The position numbers and the translations under genes are program-made. A stretch of 64,000 bases of DNA, taken from NCBI RefSeq assembly GCF_009914755.1, contig NC_060937.1. One strand, given 5' to 3'. Shown here piece after piece: positions 1 through 13,200 of the stretch (positions are counted from its first letter, which is position 1; each line of letters begins with the position of its first letter). The notes below the pieces were generated by a model that did not search any database, was not told where the DNA came from, and saw only the letters and a program-made list of their open reading frames with translations. This stretch comes from the human T2T-CHM13v2.0 reference genome, Homo sapiens.

Positions 1-504
1 AATGGCATCATTTGATTCCATTTCTAACCGCCTTTGAAATGGTGTTTTGGAAAGAACACCAATCCATTGCTAAGACTGTCCCTAGGGAACAAAAGTTCTC
101 TATCTAGAGATGTTCTAAGATACGATCATGAACTTCTCCTGCCTTTCTGGAGAAATGGGAAAAATCACACACTTTAATGTAAATAACACCCCCCAGCCTG
201 ATCATATCAATGTGTTGAACAGAGGTAGGTACAGCTTGTCTACAGCCAGAACCAGTTTGCATACAAAAACTTGCAACAAGCTGACAGTTGCTGAAAGAAA
301 GGTTCTTGTTTCCCAGAGAATGTTGGTGAGTCGAGTCCTTTGCAGGTGAAATACTGATGACAGGGTTTATCTCTACAAGTCTTTGCCAGCTCCCCAACGA
401 CCTTCCATTCTCTCTTCACCATAACTTTTTCCCTTTTGATAAACTGGAATTTCAATGCATTGAAAATTTCTTGAAAGTGAGTCATTTCCTGGGAATTGGA
501 AAGC

Positions 505-536
505 GTTTTGTTTTTTGTTTTGTTTTGTTTTGTTTT
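505..536. repeat. (TTTTG)n microsatellite
   Basis: Imperfect TTTTG pentamer run read directly. Confidence 0.85.
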
Positions 537-873
537 CCTCTGTAGAGACTTTGGTTTCCTTCAGGGCTGACATTCAAAATACTGTTAACAACCTTTGAGT
601 TTGGCCCCTGGTCGTGACTAGCCTGACTACACAGAGGCAGAATATGAGCCCTGGCTTTCTGTGACACTCAACCCAGACACTTTGGTAATGCTGTTCCCTC
701 TCCACACCACAAAAGCGCAAAGAGCCCTTGCTGAGCACCAGGAGGCAGTGGTGTTCTCTGTGTGCACACATATTCTGTACCTGTGTATGTGTGTTTTGCA
801 ATGTGCTGCAGTAGGAAAGGGTGAGAGGGCAGACTTTCCTAGACTCTGTTCTTAGACATAATCCATCACGGGC

Positions 874-1454
874 TGTGATGGTGAATCTTATGTGTCAACT
901 TGACTGGGCCACAGGGTGCCTGTGATATCCTGAGATATTCAGTCAAACATTCTCCTGGGTGTGTCTGTAAGGGTGTTTTGGGAGAGATTCGCATTTGAGT
1001 GTGTAGCTTGATTGTAGCAGACGGGCCTCCCTAGATGGGTGGTGGGTGTCCTCCAACTCTGAAAGCCTGAACAGGACAGAGGCTGGCTCTGCTCTGAATA
1101 CACGGAACTCCTCCTGCCTGCCTGCAGCTGGGACATGGGCTGTTTCCTGCCTTAAGACTGGAACTGAAACATTAGCTCTTCCTGAGTCTCCAGCTTGTAG
1201 ACTCTGCAGGTCTTGGGACTTGTCAGCCTCCATAATCACATGAGCCAATTCCATATTATAAATATCTCACACACACGCACATACACACACGCATATATTC
1301 ACACACACAAATACACATGCACACACACACCACACATACACTCACGCACACACATCCACACACACGCACACACACATGCACACGCACACACACATGCACA
1401 CGCACACATACACGCACATCCTATTAGTTTCCCTAGAGAACGCTGACAAATACG
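874..1454 (+). mobile_element. MLT2 (ERVL) solo LTR with internal degenerate (CA)n tract at ~1268-1417
   Basis: Starts TGTGATGGTGAATCTTATGTGTCAACTTGACTGGGCC and ends GAGAACGCTGACAAATAC, matching recalled MLT2 termini. 5-bp TSD CGGGC (869-873) / CAGGC (1455-1459), differing by one CpG transition. Confidence 0.88.
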
Positions 1455-2029
1455 CAGGCTCTGAGGTTATGTTTCTTCAAAGCTTATGCTATCAGACAAT
1501 AGCAAGCTTCGAATGCTGTTATTTTCCAGAGTTAATTAGGTTTTCATCTCTTTTTATTAAGGAAAAAAACCATGTTGCCTCTAACTTAATATTTAAATAT
1601 GTTTATTTTGTTTGTCATCCTTAGAATAAGACAGTTTTCCTTTATACAGAATGTTCCATAATTCGGCCTCTGCCCCAAGGGTGGGAGTGAGTGGAGAGTG
1701 CAGGCTCTGCCGGCGGCCCTAGTCCTAGCCTGGCGTGGCGTCCGCCTGTAGTAACTGGCTCTCAGTACACTTTCATGCAGCTTTCTCTTCTGCTTTAGAT
1801 GATCTCCTGTTGGAAAGAACAGAGTTTCTTGAGAAACTGGGTGTTTCATTAACTGTTCTTAGAGCCTATGTTTCAGACCCACCGTGGCTCACTCCACCAA
1901 TAAGCATGGGCTGTGAGGCTGACGGGTGTGGCTGGTAGCATTAGACTCCCCTTCTTTGAGTGTCCACGCCCCACACAGATGCCTTCTTAGGGCTGCACAG
2001 GGTGGCCTTCCCCAGGTGCAGGGGGTGAG

Positions 2030-2252
2030 TACCAAGCGCTCCCTGTGTGCCGGGCCCTGCACTCAACCCTCTGCAGACAGCATCTCCTTCCATCTCCTCA
2101 ACACCCAGTACAGGTGCTGTGATTATCCCACTTTGAAGATGAAGAAGGCTTAGGATGCGCGGTCATTTGCCCAAGGTCTTCCCAAGGTCACACAGCTCAT
2201 AGGGGCCAAGTTGGGATTGGAACCCAGGTCAGACCGGCTCCAAGCCTGTGCT
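2030..2252 (-). mobile_element. MIR SINE
   Basis: MIR core-like ATTATCCCACTTTGAAGATGAAGAAGGCTTAGG...TTGCCCAAGGTCACACAGCT...GGATTGGAACCCAGGTC; short internal duplication of CCCAAGGTC. Confidence 0.75.
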
Positions 2253-3509
2253 CCAGCCCCACCCAGCCCCCAACAGAGCCTGATCCTCTGGCTCTATGAG
2301 TGGGTGTGGGGCTCAGGGAGCAGAATTCTTGCTTTCAGTTTCCCAGGAAGGCGCTGGGTGACTGGAAGGAGAGACAGGGAGAGGCACCTTGAATGGAATG
2401 AGGCCGGTTGGTCATCTGAGTGGGAGGTGCTGGGATGGCCCCTGGGGGTGCTCCGGGTGTGCTAGGATTCAAGAGGCCCAGAGAGGGCCAGGCTGGCATG
2501 GGCATGGGGGTGGGGGCTCAGATGAGCCTGGCAGCGTGCAGTGTGAGGGGAGATGGGCACCAGCAGGATTGGGGGGACACCAGGGGACAGGAGGAACTGA
2601 GCCCTCAGTTGTGGAGGGAGGGGAGAGCCCTGTGGATGTGTCCGGGGCAGGAGGACGGAGGGGGCGCTGGCTGCGTCAGGCTGCCTTTGGCTCTCCTGTG
2701 GGGCCACCCTGTCCAGTGTCATTTCCCCTGCATTCTCCCTCAAAACCCATTGACAACTCCGAGCTTGGCGGAGCTGGGCTGGTCCTCCTCCTCCTCCCCT
2801 CACAGCGGCCGGCTGTGGATCTCATTCCTGGGATGTCAGTACCAGGAGGTTGGGGACTCCTGGTTCTTCACTGTCCAACATTGCCAGGGCTCTGGAAGTC
2901 CCCACTGTCACCTCCGGGGCTTCTGTTGCCGACGGCCACACCTAGAGGTGCTGGTGACGTACAGGAGCTTCATCAGTGCAGAGGCCCCTGTCTTTTGCTG
3001 TTAGAGTTATAGGAGAATTTGTGGTTCTCCCTGAAGAACAGTCAAGTCCCAGGGAACTGGAATCTTGACAAGGTCAATCATGAAATTGTATCTAAAGCAG
3101 CAGAGGTTGTCCTGGACAGCAGCACAATCTGGGAAATTGGCTGTAGCTTGAACGACCGCTCACTGCCCTTTCTACACCGCGTGTGTTGGCCTGGCCCCTG
3201 CTGCTGGGGGCACGAGCAGACCTTGTGGCCTGGGGTTTTGTGGTCCTGGGACTGACACTGGCCTGGCAAAGTCTGAACATGGGGGGCTAGGGGCCCCACT
3301 TCAGAGAAGCTCCTGGCCTGTGCTCGATGACAACTGGTGTAGCAGGGAGGTCTCCAGCGACGCTTCCCGGGACCGTCCTCTTCGGCATTTTAACAAAGGA
3401 CGAGCTGGCCGGCTTCCCACGCTTGTGGACAGTGAGGGGCTGGGAGCAGCAGCCAACAGGCTGGATGGAAAAGTCAGAACCCCAATGCTTTAAGAGGGGA
3501 CAGGGAGGC

Positions 3510-3635
3510 CCACCTAACTGTTCTCTAGCAGGTAAGCTCCCAGGCAGGGCTCTCTGTTTTATGTAGAAACCCCAGAGCCTAGGACAGTGCCTGGCACGTG
3601 GTGGGTGCTTGGGAAGCACCAGTGGAGGTGAGTGA
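3510..3635 (+). mobile_element. L2 3'-end fragment
   Basis: TAAGCTCCCAGGCAGGG...CCCAGAGCCTAGGACAGTGCCTGGCACGTGGTGGGTGCTT resembles the L2 3' terminus. Confidence 0.6.
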
Positions 3636-4938
3636 AGGCGACAGGGTCTCAACGTCTGGCTCTGTGCTCGGGCTATGAAAAGCCAGCCATGTGGCTCGGC
3701 AATGGCTCATTTGCCAAAGTCTTTGGAGTTCACAGACAGCAGCTCGGGATTCATGGTGTGACGCGCTCCAGACGGAGGGTCTCAGGCTGCGTGGACGGGC
3801 AAGTGCTGCAGGGTATGGGGGGAGGGGCTGGGCACACTGGGCTGCCATGTGACTCAGGGATACCGGGAGGACAAGCGGGCTGTCAGCCTCACCCAGGACT
3901 GGCTCCCAGGTGTTCTGGAAAGCTCTGAGAAGCCTGGGGCCAGGGACAGAAGCCACAGGATCTGCATGGCCAACTCTTAGCAGGTGGACAGTGGTGGAGC
4001 TGTGTGAACAGGGAGTGGAGAAGGGCTGGACTGGGGGTCCCCACCCCACGAGAGGGTGGGGGGCCTCCTGAAGGGGGTGTGGGGGCCCTTTCTGGGCCTG
4101 TCATGGGGGAGAAGGCTCCCGTCATCACATGGTTGAGACCCTTGAGTAGGTGGGTGCTGGCAGCCTTGTGAGTCCTGATTATTCCTGGGCTGAGAAGAGA
4201 GAGCGTGCTTTCATTGATGTGGCCTGCGACTCCTTGAATTTGGACTTGTTGGGACAGGTGAATGTCTGGACGGGGCTCCCGTGGAGCTCAGGCGGGTCCA
4301 CCTGGGGGCTGGACTCACTTGCTCTTCCTGGAGCTGCTCAGAGACACACGTGTCTGCTGAGTGGGAAAAGAAATCCCCTAGCAGCAACCATTCTGGCACT
4401 TAACTGTCATCAGAAGGGTCTCACATTCTGTTTACCTAAAGCTCTTGGAAGAGTGTCAATGACCTTTTCCAGAGCTGTGAGGCTTTTCATCTCACACATT
4501 GTTTCTCTCTCCTCTTCTGTGGAAAAAATTCAGGACAATGATCAAGATTTGACAAAAAATGATGACTTAACTCCAAGCTCTTGTTTTTCCTTTCAGCCAG
4601 GCCATGGGGCTCTAGACCCCAGGCCATTAGCTTCGACCCTGCCCAGTCCCAGAGAGCCACCATAAACCTTGTTCCACGCCCCATCAGCTCCAACAGATGC
4701 TGAGAGAATTGGTTGGATCTGAGAGTGTAGACCTACCACCCTCTGTCTCTTCACCGGCAAGTGAAGTGAAGTCACTGCTGTGTGCCACTTTTCCTTTATC
4801 TTCTGAGACCATTCTTGGAACGTCCATTAGAATATGATTGATGTCATTAAGAAGCCAAATATAAAAGACTATGCCAAAAAAGATCAGCATCAGAACAAGG
4901 AGAAATCACATGATAGGCTCCATCTTCCCTCGTCGTCA

Positions 4939-5043
4939 TGTCTGCAGATTTTCCATTGTGTAAGGAAGCTAGCCTAGCCCCAGGAGCAGAGCCAGTGAGT
5001 GTCTGCAGGTTTTCCATTGTGTAAGGAAGCTAGCCTAACCAGG
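4939..5043. repeat. Local tandem duplication, period 61 bp
   Basis: TGTCTGCAG(A/G)TTTTCCATTGTGTAAGGAAGCTAGCCTA occurs at 4939 and again at 5000. Confidence 0.9.
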
Positions 5044-5947
5044 GGATGAAAGGGGTCAGTGTCCACAGGGTTTTCCCTGCTGTAACAACTGAGAGTTTTT
5101 CGTTCCTTTGAGCCCCACTTTGAAAACTCTCTGCCTCATAACTGCAGGGTGCGGGGCCCAGGGCCGGTTCTGCAGAGGCTGCACTCTGGAGCAGTCAGTG
5201 ATGGAGCTCAGGCTGGCCCTAAACAATGAGGACCAGGATCCTTGGGATGGCCCTACCTGTGGAATAAATGGATACAAAACCCACTACTGGGAGCCAGGCC
5301 TCATATCAGGTGTTTGTCAGGTGCGTCTGTTTGAAGAGGAGGAGTGGGATTCTGGAAGGGGCAGCCCAGCCAAGGAAATGCCCTGTCTTTGATGCCAGGA
5401 GCATTGGGATTTGCATCTGCTCCTGCATAGCTGGGGCGTTTCCAGAATCGAGGGTGGAGAGAAGCAAAATGGACACCAGCCTGGCGGCCTGACCCTTCAG
5501 GGAGCCTGGAACACCGCCCAGAGAAGTTCCAAGGGCTGGACAGGCCATAGGGAGTGGTGGGCACCGGGCCGTTCTGACCATGCAAACAGCAACACCTGCG
5601 GTCCCACCTGCTGCACGGTCCCCACGGGAAGCGCTCTGATGGGAAGCTGTGATGGGTGCTCCTAGGAAGGCCTCCCCCGTCACGGTGGGCCTGGGCCTAA
5701 GGATGTGAGGCCTCTGCCATGTGTCCCCATATGTAAGAGGGGTAAGTGACACCACTAGCCTTGTTCCTGCCCAGGGCCCTCAGCCTGCTTGTCCCCTGGT
5801 GACTGTGAGGGTAGAGGAGCCCACCTCAACCAAATATTTGGACAAACAAAAAGTCTGAATATTCAAAGAGCCACTTAACATCTTAAATTTGCCATCAGTT
5901 GCCCACTGAGCAGCTATTGCAGACTGGTGGCTTTCTGAGATGCCATG

Positions 5948-6320
5948 TGATACAGTTTGGCTGTGTCCCCACCCAAACCTCATCTTGAATTGTAGTTCCC
6001 ATAATCCCCACATGTCATGGGAGGGACCCAGTGGGAGGCAGTTGAATCATAGGGGCGGTTACCCCCATGCTGCTGTTCTCGTGAGAGTGGGTGAATTCTC
6101 ATGAGATCTGATGGTTTTATAATGGCTTTTGCCACTTTTGCTCAGCACATCTCCTTCCTGCAATCATGCGAAGAAGGACGTTTCCTTCCCCTTCTGCCAT
6201 TGTAAGTTTTCCTGAGGCCTCCCCAGCCCTGTAGAACTGTGAGTCAGTTGAACCTCTTTCTTTTATAAATTACCCAGTCTTGGGTATGTCCTTACAGCAG
6301 CGTGAGAACAGACTGATACA
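5948..6320 (+). mobile_element. THE1 (THE1C/D-like) MaLR solo LTR
   Basis: TGATACAGTTTGGCTGTGTCCCCACCCAAA...GAGAACAGACTGATACA termini; TSD CCATG (5943-5947) / CCACG (6321-6325). Confidence 0.9.
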
Positions 6321-8499
6321 CCACGTCACCAAGTATCTGTTGCTCACTGCAGACCCTACGTGGGGACGCTCCTCTCCAATCTCCCCTGCCCTCCCTTTGC
6401 TTGGCATCTCTAGGCACCACGCCTTCCCTCTCCCCAGTCTACCAGGCTGTCATGTTAGCCTCTGTGTGTCCTCACATCCCCTTCTAGACTGGCCCTCCCC
6501 ATTATCCCAAACTCATCACTTACCTTTCTTTTCTCTCAGTCCCTAATGCAGCTGGTCTTGGCTTGGTGGTTAGGGGCAGAACAATTCAATTACATTGATT
6601 CATTTACACTAGAGTGTGGCTTTTGGGGCCCAAAGGAGTCTGGTGCTGTCCCGAGCTCAGGAGTTGTGTAGGGAGGAAGGCTCCACCTGGAGGCCTTGAA
6701 GCGGCCTCTAGGGCTGAGCAGAGGAGGCAGCAATGACATGGTGGAGGCTCAGGACTGTGTGGGCTGACTTCCTGGGCTGCCCTCATGCCCACCATGCCCT
6801 CAGAGGGCGGCTGTGGCCCCAGGGCCCTGGAGGGCTCTTTCTCTGTGGCTTCTCTGACAGCCAGGTGTGCCTTATGCTGTCCCCTCTTCCTCTGCCGCTT
6901 CCCCAGACTCAGACCTTCCCCGTTGACTCCATCTCAGCCTCGGCCTCACGGCTTCAGTCTGTTCTTATTTCCTCTCATTCCTTCAGTGCGCTCATGGGTC
7001 TGATTCACAGAGCTGGATCCTGAGGTCCCTCCTGTAGACTCACCTGTGACCTCGCCTGCCAAGGAGATGCCCAGTGATATTTAACCCATAACCATCAGGC
7101 AATTTGCACAAGCCAATGAGTGGGAAAAATTCAGAGATACTAAGAATGTTAGGTTTAAATAGAATCTTATTCTTGCATAAGCCCAGAACATCTCCAGTTC
7201 AATCCTTCCCGGCTCCAGAGGCTGGCTTACTGGGGGACTGTTTGAGGAATGGGTTGGGATGCAGATTCCTGGGACCCAACAGAGATGCTTGACTCAGGGA
7301 TGGATATTTAATAAGCTCTTCTCCCTGGTGCCTGGAGCATAATTAGGCTCGGGAGCTGTGACCTGGTCCTGGGTGTGGGGTATACCACAGACATCCTGCA
7401 CATGTGTGCTGGGCAGGTGTCCTTTCTGGATTTGAATCTCTAGGATAAAGAGGAGATATTTCACACCATATGGAGTCTAAGTGCCTCACCCTCTGAGCCT
7501 TTGCACACTTGTATTTTTCGCAGCAAACTCATCTGTTGGAGGGAGGCTTTTCCTTACTCCTGAGGGAACCCTCCAGGGGCACTCTGGCTTTCTCTGCGCC
7601 TGCCCCGGGGAGGAGAAGTGACGTAGCTGAAGCTTTGGGAGAGAGGACCAGGCATTGTGGCAGCACCTGCCTCCCTGTCTTGACATCTGCCTGCCCACGA
7701 GACATTTCTGCTGTGCTTCTCTGGGCTGTGGTTTTTCCAGGGTTGGCCCCATGGGAGGGGGTGGGGGGTGCTAGGGGTCCCTCAGTCCTGACAGAGACCG
7801 GGAGATCTGCCCAACTGGGGGCAGCGGGCACATTCTTCCACCAAGGGTTTATCCTCCACAAAGGAGATGTTTTTGCCTGCGTCTGCCTGCCTCCTGCCTC
7901 TTCCGTTACAGCTGGACTTGGGCAGGGGTAATTGCAAGGCTGAAATTACCATCGAAGGAAAATCTGCCTGTATTCCCAGAAGAGGGTAGCTTTTTCTGAT
8001 GTTTCTGAGAAGTGCTGTTGTCATAATCCTCTTTAATATGGACTTCTTTGATTAAGAACATGGAAAAAATGGGATGGGGAAAAGTTTTCTTGATTACACA
8101 TGTATAAACATTTTTGGCCCATGCTTTATTTTAAAATGCAGGGATGGGATGCTAATACGGTTTGCAAGCTCTATTTGGAAATGTGTGTTGGCAAGTGAAT
8201 GTGTAAACAGAGTCAGGTGTCCTCTGACTCCCTTGAACCAACAGTGTGGACCTTGGCAGATGGCAGGTGAACCAATCCTAGGAACTGGAATTTACATTCT
8301 GGGTGCAAGATTTCAAGAGAGTGCTGAACTTTCCTGCTGCCGAATACACTTTCATGCACTGCGTGGGGATTTCTGATTCCCAGTTCTCTCCTTGGCAACT
8401 GTTGATTCAGTACTCTGTCTTGGTTCTAAATGTGCTGTTCTATTTCCTTGCATATGTCTTTGACCATGTGAAGCTGCACTTGGGGAAGGCCATTCTTTG

Positions 8500-8680
8500 T
8501 GTTGGTTCATGACTCACTGTGTGGCTTGGGCAAGTCATTTGCTAGACCTTGGTTTTACCTTCTGTCAAATGCGATGATGATAACTGCCCTGCTCTCTCAG
8601 AAGCCTTGGGTGAGCGTGAAGTGAGAGCATGGGCGTGTGTGGGAGGAACTGTAAAGTGTTGGTTAGTGCAGGGTTCTCAG
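8500..8680 (+). mobile_element. MIR fragment
   Basis: CTGTGTGGCTTGGGCAAGTCATTT...GTTTTACCTTCTGTCAAATG MIR core. Confidence 0.6.
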
Positions 8681-9489
8681 GTTCTTGTGCCCTGTGTTCC
8701 TGCAGTGGCTCCCGAGGGCGAGAACGTGCCTGAACATGCACTCCAGAGATCCCAGAGTAAAGGGAATTATCCCTGCCAGTCTAGGGTTGACTTCCTCTGT
8801 CTCGGGAAGCTGTAGAAATGGTTTTAGATGCCATATTGTTCACATCTCCATGTGCCCTTGCCCCAGAAGTAGCTGGTCTTAATGCTCAAATTATAGGGTC
8901 ACATATTCCATACCACAGACCTCCAGGAATAAGGGCAATTAGAGGGTTAGAAAGGGGTGTGCTTGCTTTTCTCTTTACGTATCGGTGTTGATAATGTGGA
9001 TGCTGTACTTGGCATTTTGCTCGGTGTTGTTTTATTCAGATCCAAAATCTCCTGGACCAGAATTTCATCTTGGGGGAAGCACACAAGATCACGTTGGAGT
9101 CGGCCCTGCAGGGCTGGCCCTTGGCTCCTGTCCCCTAAGGCCATCTGTACACACAGTGAATGGGAAACAGGAACTCCGGGAACCCAGGGGATGTGGGACT
9201 TGACTTTCGAACGAACCTTCTCTGGGTGGGCAGGCCGCTGCCTCCCTCAATAATTTCAGAAAAACTGAGACCATTTGGACGTTTTGGACACTGAACATTG
9301 CCCCCCAAAGGTACAAGGCTGGACACTTGGCCCACACGTGGTCCTAAGTCTCCTTCCTGCCCTGGGTCCCTCTGTCCCATCTCTGAGGCTCTCCCAAAGC
9401 TGCCCTCTGTGTGTGAGTAAGCGTCGCTCCTGATCTCTGTGTCAACACAGCCTCATTTTCTTCTTTTACGTCCCTATGGGTCCTCCTAG

Positions 9490-9700
9490 GGAGCTTTTAC
9501 CATGAGAGCCCTGAGCTTTGTGTCTGAGAGACCCAGAAAAAACACACAGGCTCTGCTCCCACCAGAATGTGATCTTGGACAAGCATCCTCACGGCTCTGA
9601 GCTTGGGTTTCCTGTCTGTAAAACGGGGGTATGTATTTGCCTGTGGGCTTTTCTGAGGGTCCAATAAAGCAGTGTATGCAGAAGGCGCTCAGCACGGATC
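9490..9700 (+). mobile_element. MIR SINE
   Basis: TGTGATCTTGGACAAG...CTCTGAGCTTGGGTTTCCTGTCTGTAAAACGGGG...AAGGCGCTCAGCAC. Confidence 0.65.
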
Positions 9701-11261
9701 CTGGGCCATGGCCAGGTGTTGTGGCAACCGAGAGTCACCGCTGTCTCTGCAGCACAGTCACCAGGCCAGACTGCAGTGCTGGGCTGAGCAGTGGGTCCTG
9801 GTTTGCTGGGGCCCTCTGGGTTTAGCCCAAAAAGTCCCTCAAAGAGGAGCTCCTCAGCCCCAGGCAAAGTGGGTGTCTGGTCTCTCTAGGACCAGCTCGT
9901 GCGGAATTCAAAGGTAAAGGGGAAGAGGCTGGAAATGAAGATGCCACCAATACGCCCGAGAAAAATGCTTTGTCCTGGGCTCTTGGTGTCTCGCCCAGCA
10001 GCCGCGCTGTCCCTCTTTCTCGCTCACAGAGCTGGGTTTTGGCAATGTGTGCCCCCAGTGAGGCCCTCTGTGGCCAGGTGGGCTACAGCCCTGTAAGGTA
10101 GGAGGAGTCTACCAGCTCTGCAAGGAATTTGCTCCTCCTGATAAAAGGGGAACCAGTGTCCAGGCCTGCACCCCCGCCTCCTGCCCTGGGAGTGGACGAG
10201 GCGTCTGGCACTGTGGACACCATCCTTGATCATGAGGCAGGAGCTTGAAGAGAGGCCAGGACAACCTCAGGGACATGGCCTCGTATTGCGGAGCTGCCGG
10301 ACCAGAGCTGCGTGCCACCTGCCTCTTAGCCGCGGGCGCCCCAGGATCCCAGCCAAGGGGCTGGGCGCTGCCACTCAGGCTCTGTCCGCTGGGGCCAGTG
10401 ATTGGACGGAAGCACCAATCTTAGGAATTCCAAGTTCCTAAACAGTCGTGGTGTCCAGTGAGATGGGGTCTTGGAGAAGAGTGGATATGCATTTGAATGG
10501 CAAGCATTTACTGGGCACTCATCTGAACCAGACACTGCCAGGTACTGGGGGCCAAAGACAGCCCAGCCTCAGTCACTGGTCTCTGTCCCACTCCAGCCAG
10601 CCATGTCCAGGAGTCAGGATTCTATAGCTGTGAGCAGGCACAGCAGGTCAGCAGTAACAGAGCACCCACCAAGGGCAAATGCCCTGTCCCCAGGGCAGAT
10701 TGGGGCAGGCAGAGGACAGGATTCAGCTGACCAGCCCTAAGAAGTGAGCCCTCCTGGGGCACTGTCTGAACTTCCTGGCCAACTCTGGCTTCGGTTGCCC
10801 CATTGTTACTGGGGATCACCCCCGTCCATGGCGGATGGGCTGTCTCTGCAACTCTCCATCTCTAACAACTGTACCCACAGTCCCTGACCTGTCCCAGTGT
10901 GACCCAGTCCACTCCATGCCCGAAGCTGGGAGTGGCCTCCTGGGGACCCAAACTCCTCAAGCTGCAGACACCCTGGGATTCCCTGAGATGGGCGGATGGA
11001 GGCCCAGCTGCGGGGAGGCGCGTTCCTGCTCGGAGAGCAGTCAGGGCTTTGGGGGCCAAAGAGAGGCAGGAGGCCGAGCCACCCCGTGGTGAGCTGCCCA
11101 GGGCGAAAGGCTGCCTTGACCCTTCCACGGGCCTCCCTACCCTCGGGGAGATTGGTCAGGGCTAGAAAAACGCTTTAGGTAGAGATGAAGCCAGCAAGTG
11201 GAACAAGGTTAGGAAGCTCTTTGTTTTAAAACCATGTCTAACTGCTGATGGTTGAATTTTT

Positions 11262-11785
11262 TGAGATAGGAGAGGCTGAAATACAAACAATGACGAGCAC
11301 AACCATCAAAACAGAGCCAAGCACACCTGCAGCAGCCAGTCCAGGGGGCTGGCCTGCTCCACAGTCAGACTTGCCAGAAGTCAGACCTCCTCTAGCAACG
11401 ACTCAGGCAGCCACAACGCAATCCCTGGACCAGCCGGCCCCAGAGGGCCAGGAATGCATCCATCACCGACAGGTCCTATGGCTTTTGTCCTCGCTTCCAA
11501 CTCGGAGCCAACCAGAGAAAGCCACACATGCTCCCTCACCAACCCCTCACCGCCCGTCTGATGAGCCACCCCCAGCACACCCAGCTGCAGCCTGCACGGG
11601 ACCTGGGCTTCCTTTGCCTTAGTGAGGCCCCATCCCCTGCCTGACTCAGAGGCTCTGAAATTGCATGTGATGGTGACTCAGAGGCTTTGAGATTGCACGT
11701 GATGGTGGTGACTGCCCTCCCACAGCAAGCTCTGGACAGAGAGTCTCGGCCTGGCCTGCCTGGGTGGGCTTCACTGACCTCCACA
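11262..11785 (+). mobile_element. Old ERV1-type LTR (MER90-like), GC-shifted
   Basis: Shares TTTTGTCC..CTTCCAACTC, GCTCCCTCACC, CCCCTGCCTG, CAGCAAGCTC and the terminal TCCACA with the reverse complement of 62114-62485. Family name is from memory. Confidence 0.6.
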
Positions 11786-12609
11786 GGGATTTGAATTCTC
11801 ACTGTCAATGCTTTCAGCTTTCTACCTAGAAGAAATCTGGGGGTGTGGATGGGGGTAAGAGCTGCTGCTTCCTTCTAGGTTTAGTTGGTCAGGACCCAGG
11901 AAAAATATCAGAAATGCCAGCCACTCTTTCCTCTTCCAGAATCCTTTTCTGAGGCCACTGTTTCTCTGGGGGTGGCTGAGACACTGGCTGGAGCAGGTGC
12001 TGGTCTCAGGACTAAAACTCTCAGAATCTGGCAACCGCCAGATTCACCAGGAAAGTGAGTCCAGTCACAGCCATTCCTTGACCTTGGGGAGTCTAACTCC
12101 TGCCTGGGGCAGTTCGCTTGAGTACCCAGAAAGTGGACGGGGCGGCAGAAGCGAGAATGGGAACATCCATTCATTCACTGGAGCGCTCACTCATCCATCC
12201 ACCTAACCCATCAAACACGCAGGCAGGCAGAGCTTTTCCCAGGCCTCTCCCACCCAGATGTGGAAAGGGAGCAAAGCCTGACTTCTGACAGCGACAGCTC
12301 CTGGAAAGGGCCCAGCACCTGGGGGCCCTGCGTTCCCACGGGAGCCCCTGTTCGAGGCCGTGCAGCCTTCACAGCCGCAGTCCCGGGCCCTGCCGGGTGG
12401 AAGGTGGCCCCATCCTCTACCCCGACCCCACTCCACAGGCAATGCTGGCAGAGAGGTCCTGGGAGGTGACTGTTTCCCAAGGGCATCGATGTGAGCAGGG
12501 GTCAGGACTGCATGCTCTGAGTCCCAGCATTCTGGGCCTCAGTTTACCCACATGTAAAACGAGAGGTCAGAGCAGAAGTGCAGGCACTGGCTAAGCGCTC
12601 ACACCCTGG

Positions 12610-13200
12610 AGCGCGGCTGTCTACGTGGAAATGGCCGTGAAGGCAAAGGACACATGGAACTGTGGAGAGCCAGCGTGATGGAAAGACTGAAACATCTCAC
12701 TAGTAATTTGACACTGATCCCATGTTGAAATCATCACGTGAAATACAATGTTATTGCAATGAGTTTCATCTGCATCTTTTTAATGTGGCCACTAGACAAT
12801 GAAAAGCACATCTTCGGCTCATGCTGTGTTTCTATTGGACGGCCCTGGCCCAGGGCAGCGGTTCTCAGCCGGCTGTACTTTAGCATCACCTGCAGAGCCC
12901 TAGAGAAGCACAGAGGCACCAGGCTCAGCCAAACCAGCACGGCCTGCATCCCCGGGGTGAGGCCAGGGGGTCTGTAGTTTCCACCATCTTTCCAGGGGGC
13001 TGGCAGGGCTGAGGCGGTGGAGGAGGGGACGGCTCAGCCATGGGGCCTCTCAGGTGCACAGGAATCGGTGGCATCAGGTTGAATGCGGTGCTGGTGCTGG
13101 AGGGCTGGGCCCGGCTTGCCGCTGGGCGTTTCTAACAAGCTCCCCAAACCAGATGATGCAGACGCTGAGGGTCCTTGGACCTCACTTTGAGAAGCAAGGC
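12610..13200. mobile_element. Cluster of old hAT-Charlie MITEs (MER33/MER3-like followed by MER5B/MER5A-like)
   Basis: TTTTTAATGTGGCCACTAGA...TTTCTATTGGAC (MER33/MER3-like); CAGCGGTTCTCA...ATCACCTG and TTCTAACAAGCTCCC...CACTTTGAGAAGCA (MER5-like). Confidence 0.55.

Noticed and set aside
1213-1446. His/Thr-rich ORFs
   Set aside because: Translation of the (CA)n tract inside MLT2.
2389-3012. 207-aa and 194-aa overlapping ORFs
   Set aside because: GC-rich DNA poor in stop codons; G/P/S-biased products with no recognisable domain; open in several frames.
4025-4112. G-quadruplex-like G-runs
   Set aside because: Expected at this GC content; no associated promoter evidence.
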